DNA of 60,281 nucleotides from assembly GCA_903937405.1 (NCBI GenBank), contig CAIZZE010000072.1, positions 1 to 60,281 of the forward strand, read 5' to 3'. The position numbers were made by a program, and so were the translations under genes. The DNA is from an uncultured Alphaproteobacteria bacterium (GTDB taxonomy: Bacteria > Pseudomonadota > Alphaproteobacteria > Rickettsiales > UBA1997). The notes under the pieces are model-generated. The model was not told the DNA's origin. It did not search any database and saw only the letters and a list, made by a program, of their open reading frames with translations. This document shows positions 48,000 to 56,443 of the stretch, one piece after another (the first letter of the stretch is position 1; each line of letters opens with the position of its first letter).

Positions 48000-48975
48000 A
48001 CCAGCGCCAATCGCGTTTTTTTGCTTTAATCGCGCCGACAAAACCAAAGAAGTTTTAGAAGCTTTAGCGCAAAATGATTTGGCCGCAGAATCAGAAATTT
48101 TTATTTTTTGCGATGGCCCAAGAAACATTAAAGATTTGCCAGCTTTAAAAGAAGTTCACCAAGTTATTGATGAAATTTCCGGATTTAAAACCAAGCATAT
48201 TCTTAAAAAAGAATTAAATCACGGCATTAAAAACTCGATTACGGGCGGTATTAGTGCGGTTCTGGAATATAGTGAAAATATAATCGTAGTTGAAGATGAC
48301 ATTTTAACTGCCGAAAATTTTCTCCGATTTATTAATGAAGGTTTACAGTTTTATAAAAATTCTCCCGAAGCTTGGTGCATTACTGGCTTTAATTATTCAC
48401 CAAAAATTATCGAATATCCCAAAAATTATTCCGCCGATATTTTCTTCGCCAAAGGACGCAACTGGGCTTGGGGCTGGGGAACTTGGAAGGATCGCTGGCA
48501 AAAGATCGATTTTGAAGTGAAGGATTACTCTGAATTTGTTAAAGATAAAAATTTGGTGAAAGAGTTTAACAGACCCGGCTCAAATATGGCGGAAATGTTG
48601 AAATTTCAGATGCAAAAAAAAATCGATTCTTGGGCCATTCAAATGTCTTATTCGATGTTTAAGAATAATGCCTATACTTTACATCCACTTAAAACTTTGG
48701 TCAAAAATATTGGCTTTGATAATAGCGGCACTCATACAAGTTCTAACCTTGATTTGACTGGATTTGACTTTGAAAATTTTTCCGATTTTAAACTAAAAAA
48801 ACTAGAAGAAATTCCGGATAATGATGTGGCACAAAATGCTTTTTTTAAATTTCACCAAGATCCGAATTTTTTAGTAAAATGGGTGAGATCGAAAAAAAAG
48901 AAGAGAAATTTGAAGTGGTTTTTGTTGGGTGTTTTGGTTTGTGAATTAGTAAATATTTGGGTTATACCAAACTAA
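47983..48975 (+). CDS. Putative GT-A-fold glycosyltransferase with C-terminal membrane anchor
   Basis: N-terminus (PIAFFCFNRADKTKEVLEALAQN...IFIFCDGPRN), acidic VVEDD motif, and C-terminal TM segment (WFLLGVLVCELVNIWVI). The start at 47983 overlaps the GT4 gene by 17 nt. Confidence 0.55.
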   Translation: MNQSFKPAPIAFFCFNRADKTKEVLEALAQNDLAAESEIFIFCDGPRNIKDLPALKEVHQVIDEISGFKTKHILKKELNHGIKNSITGGISAVLEYSENIIVVEDDILTAENFLRFINEGLQFYKNSPEAWCITGFNYSPKIIEYPKNYSADIFFAKGRNWAWGWGTWKDRWQKIDFEVKDYSEFVKDKNLVKEFNRPGSNMAEMLKFQMQKKIDSWAIQMSYSMFKNNAYTLHPLKTLVKNIGFDNSGTHTSSNLDLTGFDFENFSDFKLKKLEEIPDNDVAQNAFFKFHQDPNFLVKWVRSKKKKRNLKWFLLGVLVCELVNIWVIPN

Positions 48976-49000
48976 GAATTTATACTCTTAGTTTGGTATA
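48963..49000. terminator. Perfect 15-bp-stem hairpin between convergent operons (bidirectional terminator candidate)
   Basis: TATACCAAACTAAGA-atttatac-TCTTAGTTTGGTATA. Overlaps the TAA stop at 48973-48975 and is followed by a T-run on the + strand (TTTTTTAT). Confidence 0.65.
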
Positions 49001-49017
49001 GATGATTAATTTTTTAT

Positions 49018-49575
49018 CTATTTATCAACTATCGAACAAGATATAACATTCTTACTTCCCTTATTCCACGGCATCTTAGCCATTAAAACAGCAAGACCGC
49101 AATAACCCGTTAATCCCGCAAAAACAAGACCTGCACCAAAAAATCCCGATAGAATAAAAAAATTAGGACTAACTAAATAGCCAAAAACACTTCCAACAAA
49201 AACCCCCAAACCAATAGTTAATTGTACTTGGCGATCAAGTGGCAAAAAGAATTTTCCTGAGATTTTTGTTTCGCATCCTTCAGCGCTCCAAGCTGAAATT
49301 CCGCCTTCAAGATTGTAAATTTCAAGATTAGGATCTTCGTTAATTAATTTCTGACAGGCGCTCAAACTTCTTTTTCCAGAACGACAATGCAAAACTAATT
49401 TTTTATTTTTATAATCTGGCAATAAGCTGTTACAAATATTTGCTAAAGGCAGCAGATTTGACTGAGAAATTTTTTCCGCCTCATGTTCCGCTGGCTCTCT
49501 AACGTCGACTACAACAACTTCATTATTTTCTAACCATTTTTTTAGTGTTTTGGCATCAACATTTTTAATTGACAT
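49018..49575 (-). CDS. Rhodanese-domain sulfurtransferase with C-terminal DUF2892-type membrane domain (YgaP-like)
   Basis: Rhodanese active-site loop (HCRSGKRS), then two TM helices (LTIGLGVFVGSVFGYLV...GLVFAGLTGYCGLAVLMA). Confidence 0.75.
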   Translation of the reverse strand: MSIKNVDAKTLKKWLENNEVVVVDVREPAEHEAEKISQSNLLPLANICNSLLPDYKNKKLVLHCRSGKRSLSACQKLINEDPNLEIYNLEGGISAWSAEGCETKISGKFFLPLDRQVQLTIGLGVFVGSVFGYLVSPNFFILSGFFGAGLVFAGLTGYCGLAVLMAKMPWNKGSKNVISCSIVDK

Positions 49576-49593
49576 AAACTGTTAGAATTAAGG

Positions 49594-50442
49594 TTAATTT
49601 AATGGAACTTTGATATATTGAGTTCCATTTTCTTCAGCCAATCCAAATTTCCCCGCCCTAATATTTACCTGAATTGAAGGCAATAAAAGTTTTGGTGCTA
49701 CTTTGCCAAAGTCTCTCTTATTTCTAACTTCAACATATTGCGCTTCGCTGACATTTTCATTAACCAGAATATTATGTTTTTTCTGCTCAAAAACAGTGCA
49801 TAAAAATTGTGGCTCTTTTCCTTTTTCTGGATAGTCGTGACCTATAAAAATTTTTGTTTCGTTTGGAAGAGATAAAATTTTCTGAATTGAATTATAAAGG
49901 GTTTTTGCACTTCCTCCGGGAAAGTCAGTCCTTGCGGTTCCTATTCTTGGAGTAAAAATTGTATCTCCAACAAAAACACTATCTCCAATTAAATAGCTAA
50001 CACAAGCAGGAGTGTGACCCGGGGTATGAATTACTTTTACTTCTAAATTGCCGATAAAGAATTTTTCTTGGTCTTTAAATAAACGATCAAATTGTGAACC
50101 ATCAAGCGGCGTGTCTTTTGTAGTGTTAAAAATTGGTGCCCAAAATTTTATTACCTCTTTGATATTTTCACCAATCGCAATTTTCCCGCCGAGCATTTCT
50201 TTAATATAGTTTGACGCAGTAAGATGATCGGCGTGAGCATGAGTTTCTAATATCCATTCAACTTTCAGGTTTTCTTTCGTGATATTATCAATAACCAGAT
50301 TGGCTGGTGCTTTAGAGATTTTTCCCGAGTAAATATCATAACCCATTACAGAATCAATAATGGCACATTTCTTAGTAGCTTTATCACTTACAACATAAGT
50401 AAAAGTTGCGGTGTCTTTATCGTAAAAATGCTGAATTTTCAT
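49594..50442 (-). CDS. MBL-fold persulfide dioxygenase (ETHE1/Blh-like, type II PDO)
   Basis: THAHADH metal motif, HTPGHTP, and N-terminal YVVSDKATKKCAIIDSV typical of bacterial PDOs. Directly upstream of the rhodanese gene. Confidence 0.7.
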   Translation of the reverse strand: MKIQHFYDKDTATFTYVVSDKATKKCAIIDSVMGYDIYSGKISKAPANLVIDNITKENLKVEWILETHAHADHLTASNYIKEMLGGKIAIGENIKEVIKFWAPIFNTTKDTPLDGSQFDRLFKDQEKFFIGNLEVKVIHTPGHTPACVSYLIGDSVFVGDTIFTPRIGTARTDFPGGSAKTLYNSIQKILSLPNETKIFIGHDYPEKGKEPQFLCTVFEQKKHNILVNENVSEAQYVEVRNKRDFGKVAPKLLLPSIQVNIRAGKFGLAEENGTQYIKVPLN

Positions 50443-50452
50443 AAATTAATTT

Positions 50453-51817
50453 TTAGGCAATTTTTGAATGTCGCTGTGCCTCTGGTTGAAAAAATTTATC
50501 AAAAACACTGCTCACAACTCGTGAAATTTGTGGAGCAGCCAGATTTATTTTAATTTTGTTATTTTTAATTCTGACCAAACCATCTGATTTTAAATTTTCT
50601 AACAATTCAATTTCTTGGTTAAAAGAATTTTTCGGCAAAGAAAATTCCTCGCAGATTTTCTTTAAATCTACTTCCATATAACACATCAATTCATCAATAA
50701 TTTTTTTGCGTATTTTGTCTTCTTTATTGATTTCAACTCCTTTAATCACTGGCAATTTTTCGCTTAAAATATTTTTTTTATATTCCTCAAAATCCAGCGT
50801 GTTTTGCGCATATCCTGAAGGCAAATAACTAATTGCTGAAGCACCAAATCCGATTATACAATTTGCATTATCGGTGCTATATCCTTGAAAATTTCTTTTT
50901 AATTTTTCTTCGTGAAAGGCTTCAAACATGCTGTCATCAGATTTTGCAAAATGATCAAGACCAATAGAAAAATAACCTTCTTCGTTTAATTTTTTTGCCG
51001 CCGCTTGATACATTGCAAGTTTGTTTTCGCCACCAGGTAAATCATTTTCATCAATCAAACGCATGTGTTTTTTCTTCCATTGCACATGCGCATAGGCAAA
51101 AAGCGCAATGCGGCTTGGTTTAAGCAACATAGAAAAATCGATGTTTTTTTTCACCATTTCCAGCGTTTGCTTGGGCAGGCCATAAATTAAATCGAGATTG
51201 ATGTTATTGATGTGAAATTTTCTAAAAAGCTTTACGCAATCATAAACCACGTCAAAAGATTGTTCACGATTTATTGCCTTTTGAACTTCTAAATTAAAAT
51301 CTTGAACACCAATGCTAACCCTGTTGATTCCTGCCTTGGCATAAGTTGCGACTTTTTCTTCATTAACATTTCTAGGATCAACTTCGATGGCAATTTCAGC
51401 ATCTTTTTTAATTTCAAATTCACTGCGAATTGTTTTTATCAAATTTTCAAAAGTGTCGGGAAGCAAAATAGTTGGCGATCCTCCGCCAAAATGAATATGC
51501 GATACTTGGCATTTTTTTTGACGCAGCAAATTTCCGATTATACGAATTTCGCGAGCTAAAATGTGAGCATAATCTTCAACCGGAGCATAACGATTAGTGG
51601 CTTTTGTGTAGCATCCACAATACCAGCAAAGCTGGTTACAAAAAGGAGTGTGGATGTAAAGTGAAATGGTTTCTTGATTTGGCAATGCTTTTAGCCAACC
51701 AACATAAACTTCATCATTAACAGAAGAATTAAAATGCGGCGCTGTTGGATAACTTGTATAGCGCGGCACTTGTTGATCATATTTTAGAATTGTGGTATTT
51801 TCTATTTGTCCAAACAT
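50453..51817 (-). CDS. hemN: Oxygen-independent coproporphyrinogen III oxidase (radical SAM)
   Basis: Radical SAM motif (CNQLCWYCGC), GGGSPT, and a HemN C-terminal domain. Confidence 0.88.
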   Translation of the reverse strand: MFGQIENTTILKYDQQVPRYTSYPTAPHFNSSVNDEVYVGWLKALPNQETISLYIHTPFCNQLCWYCGCYTKATNRYAPVEDYAHILAREIRIIGNLLRQKKCQVSHIHFGGGSPTILLPDTFENLIKTIRSEFEIKKDAEIAIEVDPRNVNEEKVATYAKAGINRVSIGVQDFNLEVQKAINREQSFDVVYDCVKLFRKFHINNINLDLIYGLPKQTLEMVKKNIDFSMLLKPSRIALFAYAHVQWKKKHMRLIDENDLPGGENKLAMYQAAAKKLNEEGYFSIGLDHFAKSDDSMFEAFHEEKLKRNFQGYSTDNANCIIGFGASAISYLPSGYAQNTLDFEEYKKNILSEKLPVIKGVEINKEDKIRKKIIDELMCYMEVDLKKICEEFSLPKNSFNQEIELLENLKSDGLVRIKNNKIKINLAAPQISRVVSSVFDKFFQPEAQRHSKIA

Positions 51818-51819
51818 TT

Positions 51820-51951
51820 TTAGACAGACTCATTTTTCTTTTCGCCACATTTTTGCAGGCAAGATCCTTCATTAATTTCGTGCCATAAAGCATTTACAAT
51901 GCCAAAGCAAACGGCAAGAGCGGTGCCAAGAATCCAAGCGAAATACCACAT
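51820..51951 (-). CDS. cydX: Cytochrome bd oxidase small subunit CydX (43 aa; not in the ORF track)
   Basis: Hand translation: MWYFAWILGTALAVCFGIVNALWHEINEGSCLQKCGEKKNESV. The MWYFAWILG start is the CydX hallmark. Lies 14 nt after cydB. Confidence 0.8.
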   Translation of the reverse strand: MWYFAWILGTALAVCFGIVNALWHEINEGSCLQKCGEKKNESV

Positions 51952-51965
51952 AATTTTTTTGTTAG

Positions 51966-53111
51966 TTAATATAAGAAATTTGAATCTTTTTTAATATCGC
52001 TCTTAGTAACTTTTCCTCTAAGAACTGTAAAAACCCAAGAAGTATAAGCCAAAATTATTGGCACGAAAATTAGCGCCGCTATCAGCATCACAACTAATGT
52101 AAAATAACTACTTGAAGCGTCCCAAACCGTAAGTGAAGCACTAGGATTTAAGCTTGATGGCAAGATAAAAGGAAACATGCTCAAACCAACTGTGGAAATT
52201 ATGCTAAAAACAGCAAGCGAGCTTGCGATGAAAGCTTTGCCAAAATGTTTTATTTTAGCAAAAACGAAGACTAAAAATTCGCAAATGAAAGCAAGAATTG
52301 GCGCAATCATCATCCAAGAATGTTTTTCGTAATTGTCGTACCAAGCGCCCGCAGACCTTACCACTTCTTTTTGTAGCGGATTTGAATCAGCTAAAGTTCC
52401 GGCAAAGTTTACAATTTTATAACCTTCGATTGATTGTAAAAAAACGCCGCCGATGGCGAATAAAATTATAGTTAGAAAAGGAAATATTTTTAAAACTTTT
52501 AGAGTTCTTTCTAAAATTTCTTCTTCAGTTTTGATCGCTAAATAACAAGCTCCGTGAGTTGTCAGCATAACAACACTAAGCAATCCGCAAAGTAGAGTGA
52601 ATGGCGAAAAAAGTGCGAAGAAAGCAATTTTATTTTCAATAACCATAAATTCATCAAAACCAAAAGCCACACCTTGCAAAGCATTGCCAATCGCCACTCC
52701 AAAGACTAATGAAGGAACAAAACCAGAAACAAAAAGAGAATAATCCCAAACTTTGCGCCAAGTTTTATTATTAACTTTGCTGCGATAATCAAAACCGACT
52801 GGACGCAGAATCAGAGCCAGCAAAATCAGCATCATCGCGAAATAAAATCCTGAAAAACTCACCGCATAAACATGTGGCCAAGCAGCAAAAATTGCACCAC
52901 CGCCTAAAATGAACCACACTTGATTGCCGTCCCACACTGGGCCGACTGTGTTTATAACCACACGTCTTTCTTCGTCTTTTTTGGCAACAAAAGGAAGTAA
53001 AATTCCAACTCCCAAATCAAAACCATCCATGATCGCAAAGCCAATTAAAAGCACGCCTAGCAAGATCCACCAGATGATGCGAAGTAATTCGTAATCAAAA
53101 ATTTCTAACAT
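51966..53111 (-). CDS. cydB: Cytochrome bd ubiquinol oxidase subunit II
   Basis: 381-aa polytopic ORF (WWILLGVLLIGFAIMDGFDLG...) immediately downstream of cydA. Confidence 0.9.
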   Translation of the reverse strand: MLEIFDYELLRIIWWILLGVLLIGFAIMDGFDLGVGILLPFVAKKDEERRVVINTVGPVWDGNQVWFILGGGAIFAAWPHVYAVSFSGFYFAMMLILLALILRPVGFDYRSKVNNKTWRKVWDYSLFVSGFVPSLVFGVAIGNALQGVAFGFDEFMVIENKIAFFALFSPFTLLCGLLSVVMLTTHGACYLAIKTEEEILERTLKVLKIFPFLTIILFAIGGVFLQSIEGYKIVNFAGTLADSNPLQKEVVRSAGAWYDNYEKHSWMMIAPILAFICEFLVFVFAKIKHFGKAFIASSLAVFSIISTVGLSMFPFILPSSLNPSASLTVWDASSSYFTLVVMLIAALIFVPIILAYTSWVFTVLRGKVTKSDIKKDSNFLY

Positions 53112-53115
53112 AATT

Positions 53116-54651
53116 TTATTGATTTTTTAATAATTTTTCTGGACCAATTTTGATGTATTTTGTCATCAAATATAAATCGACCACAAGCAGCGCGGTGTAA
53201 AGAACCACAAAGCCAATCAAGCTCGCCAAAACATTGCCATAAGGAACAGAAGAAGTGGCAAGCGCAGTTGGCAAAATTCCCTCAATCACCCAAGGTTGTC
53301 TGCCATATTCGGCAACGCACCAACCAAATTCGGCGGCAATCCATGGCAAAGGAAGTGAGAATAAGCAGAGTTTGAGTAGGAAAGTTTTGTCAAAATTTTT
53401 GCGTATATTCATTTGATAAAAAGTGGTAGCAAAAAGCAGGATGAAAAATAATCCCAAACCAACCATTATTCTGAAAGCATAAAATAGTGGCGCTACGTGT
53501 GGAACCGTGTCTTGCGAGGCTTTAACAATTTCTTCTTCCGTAGCTTTTTCTATGTCAGGGCGATATTTTTTCAGCAATAGCGCGTAACCAATGTCTTGAT
53601 AATTATCACGCAAAAAAGCTTTGTCTTTTTCAGGATTGGCACTTTGTTTATTTCGAAAATCCTTCAAAACCTTATATTGCAAAATACCGCTACGAACTCT
53701 TGCCTCAGCAACTTTTACTAAATCTTTAATACCTGGAATTTCTTTGTGAGTTGATCTTGTTGCCATTAAACCAAGAACATAAGGAATTTTGATTTCATGT
53801 TCGTTGCTTTGGGTTTCTTGATTAGGAATCGCGATAAGAGTAAGAGAAGCAGGCGCTTTTTCAGTTTCCCACATGCCTTCAATTGCCGCTAATTTCATTT
53901 TCTGATTAGCATTTGTGGTATAGCCACTTTCATCGCCTAAAACCACAACTGACAACGCAGCAAGCAAACCAAAAGATGAAGCGATGATAATTGATCTTTT
54001 GGCAATTTGAATGTTGGATTTTTTTAACAAATAATAACAACTAACCGACAGCACAAACATTGCGCCCGTTACATATCCAGCACTAATAGTGTGAACAAAT
54101 TTTGATTGGGCAACTTCATTAAAAAATATTTTTTGAAAAGAATCTAATTCCATTCTCATGGTTTCAGAATTGAACTTGGCACCAATTGGATTTTGCATCC
54201 AGCCATTAGCAATTAAAATCCATAAAGCAGAAAGATTACTGCCAATTGCCATCAGCCATGTGACCAGCAAGTGAGCACCTTTCGACATTCTATTCCAGCC
54301 AAACAAAAACATGCCAACAAAAGTTGACTCAAGGAAAAAAGCCATCAGACCTTCAATTGCTAAAGGCACGCCGAATATGTCGCCAACATAATGCGAATAA
54401 TATGCCCAATTCGTGCCGAACTGAAATTCCATAGTAATTCCCGTGGCAACGCCCATGGCAAAATTGATAGCAAAAAGCTTGCCCCAAAATTTAGTGATGT
54501 CGCGCCAGATTTCTCTTTTTGTCATCACATAAACACTTTCCATAATACCCAAAATCACCGCTAAACCAAGAGTTAGAGGCACAAAGAGAAAGTGATAAAT
54601 TGCGGTGACAGCAAATTGTAATCTTGAAACTTCAACTAAACCAAATTCCAT
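53116..54651 (-). CDS. cydA: Cytochrome bd ubiquinol oxidase subunit I
   Basis: SRLQFAVTAIYHFLFVPLTLG, the Q-loop region, and the AEYGRQPW motif. Confidence 0.92.
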   Translation of the reverse strand: MEFGLVEVSRLQFAVTAIYHFLFVPLTLGLAVILGIMESVYVMTKREIWRDITKFWGKLFAINFAMGVATGITMEFQFGTNWAYYSHYVGDIFGVPLAIEGLMAFFLESTFVGMFLFGWNRMSKGAHLLVTWLMAIGSNLSALWILIANGWMQNPIGAKFNSETMRMELDSFQKIFFNEVAQSKFVHTISAGYVTGAMFVLSVSCYYLLKKSNIQIAKRSIIIASSFGLLAALSVVVLGDESGYTTNANQKMKLAAIEGMWETEKAPASLTLIAIPNQETQSNEHEIKIPYVLGLMATRSTHKEIPGIKDLVKVAEARVRSGILQYKVLKDFRNKQSANPEKDKAFLRDNYQDIGYALLLKKYRPDIEKATEEEIVKASQDTVPHVAPLFYAFRIMVGLGLFFILLFATTFYQMNIRKNFDKTFLLKLCLFSLPLPWIAAEFGWCVAEYGRQPWVIEGILPTALATSSVPYGNVLASLIGFVVLYTALLVVDLYLMTKYIKIGPEKLLKNQ

Positions 54652-54655
54652 AAAA

Positions 54656-54871
54656 TTATTTTTCGGTAATGATAAGCTGTTGCAGCTTTTCTTGCCGCTC
54701 TAGCTTGGTCATTTTATTGTTAAAAAAGAGAAAATATAACGAGGTGAGAATCACTAATTTTAGAGCTAGAAAAAGCGTGATTTTTTTAGAAAGAAAATCA
54801 CGCTTTTTGCAGCAAAAGAAAAATGCCAGATAAATTGCGTAACCAATGTAAAGGGCGATTAATCCATGCAT
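54656..54871 (-). CDS. Small two-TM membrane protein upstream of cydA
   Basis: 71 aa with two hydrophobic helices and a polar tail. The stop is 4 nt before the cydA start and the gene starts 9 nt after ompW. No family recognised. Confidence 0.45.
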   Translation of the reverse strand: MHGLIALYIGYAIYLAFFFCCKKRDFLSKKITLFLALKLVILTSLYFLFFNNKMTKLERQEKLQQLIITEK

Positions 54872-54880
54872 GTAATTTTG

Positions 54881-55516
54881 CTAGAAACGATAAGAAACAC
54901 CGCCACCAATTAACCAAGGATCAAGTCTTACTTGAGCTGTGTAGGCGTTATTCACTTGAACGTTAGTTTTAAGAAATATTTTTTTGACATCGAAATTAAT
55001 ACCGACTCTTTCGTTTATCATATAGTCAAAACCAGCTTGTAGAGCATAACCCAAATGATCTTGATATTTCAGACTAGTAGCAGCTCCGCCAGTTTTTGCG
55101 CCGTAAAAGAAAGTGTAATTTAAACCAGCGCCAACATATGGCCTGAAAGTTCCGGTTGGATTTGCGTGATATTGCAAAGTTAAAGTTGGGGGAAGTAATT
55201 TCACCGATCCAAGACCTGCTTTATCTCCGACTGCTGATCCGTTTAAACTTATGTCATGTTGAGTTGTAGCAACAATTAATTCTGCAGCAATATTAGGAGA
55301 AAAGAAGCGTGTAAAATCAATTTCAGGAACTACATCTGAGTTTGTAGCAACATGTCCACCAAGAGTTGAAACTTTGCTGCTGGCATCTGTTTTAACATAT
55401 AATGCGCGACCTCTTACAATCCAATTATAAGAATCATCACTTTTTGCTGAGGCTGCATTTGCAATAAAAAATGATAAAATTATTGATAGCCCAGTAGCTT
55501 TAAGTTGCACTTTCAT
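54881..55516 (-). CDS. ompW: OmpW family outer-membrane protein
   Basis: Signal peptide (MKVQLKATGLSIILSFFIANAASA), YVGAGLNYTFF, and a terminal YRF. Start trimmed to the ATG at 55516, which is preceded by a GAGG Shine-Dalgarno sequence. Confidence 0.8.
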   Translation of the reverse strand: MKVQLKATGLSIILSFFIANAASAKSDDSYNWIVRGRALYVKTDASSKVSTLGGHVATNSDVVPEIDFTRFFSPNIAAELIVATTQHDISLNGSAVGDKAGLGSVKLLPPTLTLQYHANPTGTFRPYVGAGLNYTFFYGAKTGGAATSLKYQDHLGYALQAGFDYMINERVGINFDVKKIFLKTNVQVNNAYTAQVRLDPWLIGGGVSYRF

Positions 55517-55632
55517 AAAACCTCGAAAAAATATTATAACTTTTTTACAGTGAAAATTGTTATTTGAGGCTGAATTACACAACTTCAATCATTTCACATG
55601 AGGACAACTTAAGACAGATTTATTCTTTGTAA

Positions 55633-55646
55633 TTGATCTAGATCAA
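55633..55646. promoter_or_regulatory. Perfect FNR/CRP-class palindromic box, TTGAT-N4-ATCAA
   Basis: TTGATCTAGATCAA lies in the divergent ompW / fnr-like intergenic region. Its centre is about 123 nt upstream of the ompW ATG and about 33 nt upstream of the regulator ATG. Confidence 0.7.
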
Positions 55647-55672
55647 GAGTTGCATTTTTTAAGAAATTTCTA

Positions 55673-56443
55673 ATGAAAAATTACGTCGAATCCCAGTTTA
55701 ACCAGATTAAGAACCTACCACTTTTTGCAAAAATTTCTGAAGATGAATTACATAAAATTCTAAAAAATGCGCACATAAAAAATTGCCAAAAAAACGAAAT
55801 TTTATTTTCTAAAGATGACAAAATATTGAGTTTTTATATTGTTCTAAGTGGTGCGGTGAAGCTTTTAATTAGTAATGAAGAGGGGCAGGAAGCAATTTTA
55901 CAAATTGCTAAATTGGGAGATTTTATTGGAGATCTATTTAGCAAAACTTTTATCGCCGATGCACAAATAATTGACAATAGTTTGATATTAGCAATTCCCG
56001 CCGAAAAATTTCAGGAAAGCCTGCAACAAAATTTACAGTTTGCGGTAAATATTCTTAAAGAAATCTCGGCTAAAAATAGATCATTTATTAATCAGGCGGC
56101 ATATTTAAAAATTGGCACCGCTCAACAAAAAGTTGGGCAGTTATTATTAAAATCTGCCTTTAAAAAAGAAGGTAAAAAAGGTGAAGAAATTAATCTGGAT
56201 TGCGACAAGAAAACAATAGCTTCTTATCTTGGCATCAGATCAGAAACTTTTTCTAGAATTCTAAAAAAGTTAGAAAATGAAGGTGAAATCACCATCAAGA
56301 AAAATAAAATGATTCTTTTGAAAGAGAATTCACTGTGCAATTATTGTGATGGTGAAATCAGTGCAAAATGTGATAAACACAAATCTTCTATTTGCTTACA
56401 AAATCATAGTTCCAGCGCCACTCTCAGTAAAAATTTCCATTAA
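55673..56443 (+). CDS. Crp/Fnr-family transcriptional regulator with C-terminal Cys cluster
   Basis: cNMP-like beta-roll domain, an HTH with an FNR-type E--SR recognition helix (SETFSRILKKL), and a C-terminal CNYCDGEISAKCDKHKSSIC segment. Confidence 0.8.
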   Translation: MKNYVESQFNQIKNLPLFAKISEDELHKILKNAHIKNCQKNEILFSKDDKILSFYIVLSGAVKLLISNEEGQEAILQIAKLGDFIGDLFSKTFIADAQIIDNSLILAIPAEKFQESLQQNLQFAVNILKEISAKNRSFINQAAYLKIGTAQQKVGQLLLKSAFKKEGKKGEEINLDCDKKTIASYLGIRSETFSRILKKLENEGEITIKKNKMILLKENSLCNYCDGEISAKCDKHKSSICLQNHSSSATLSKNFH

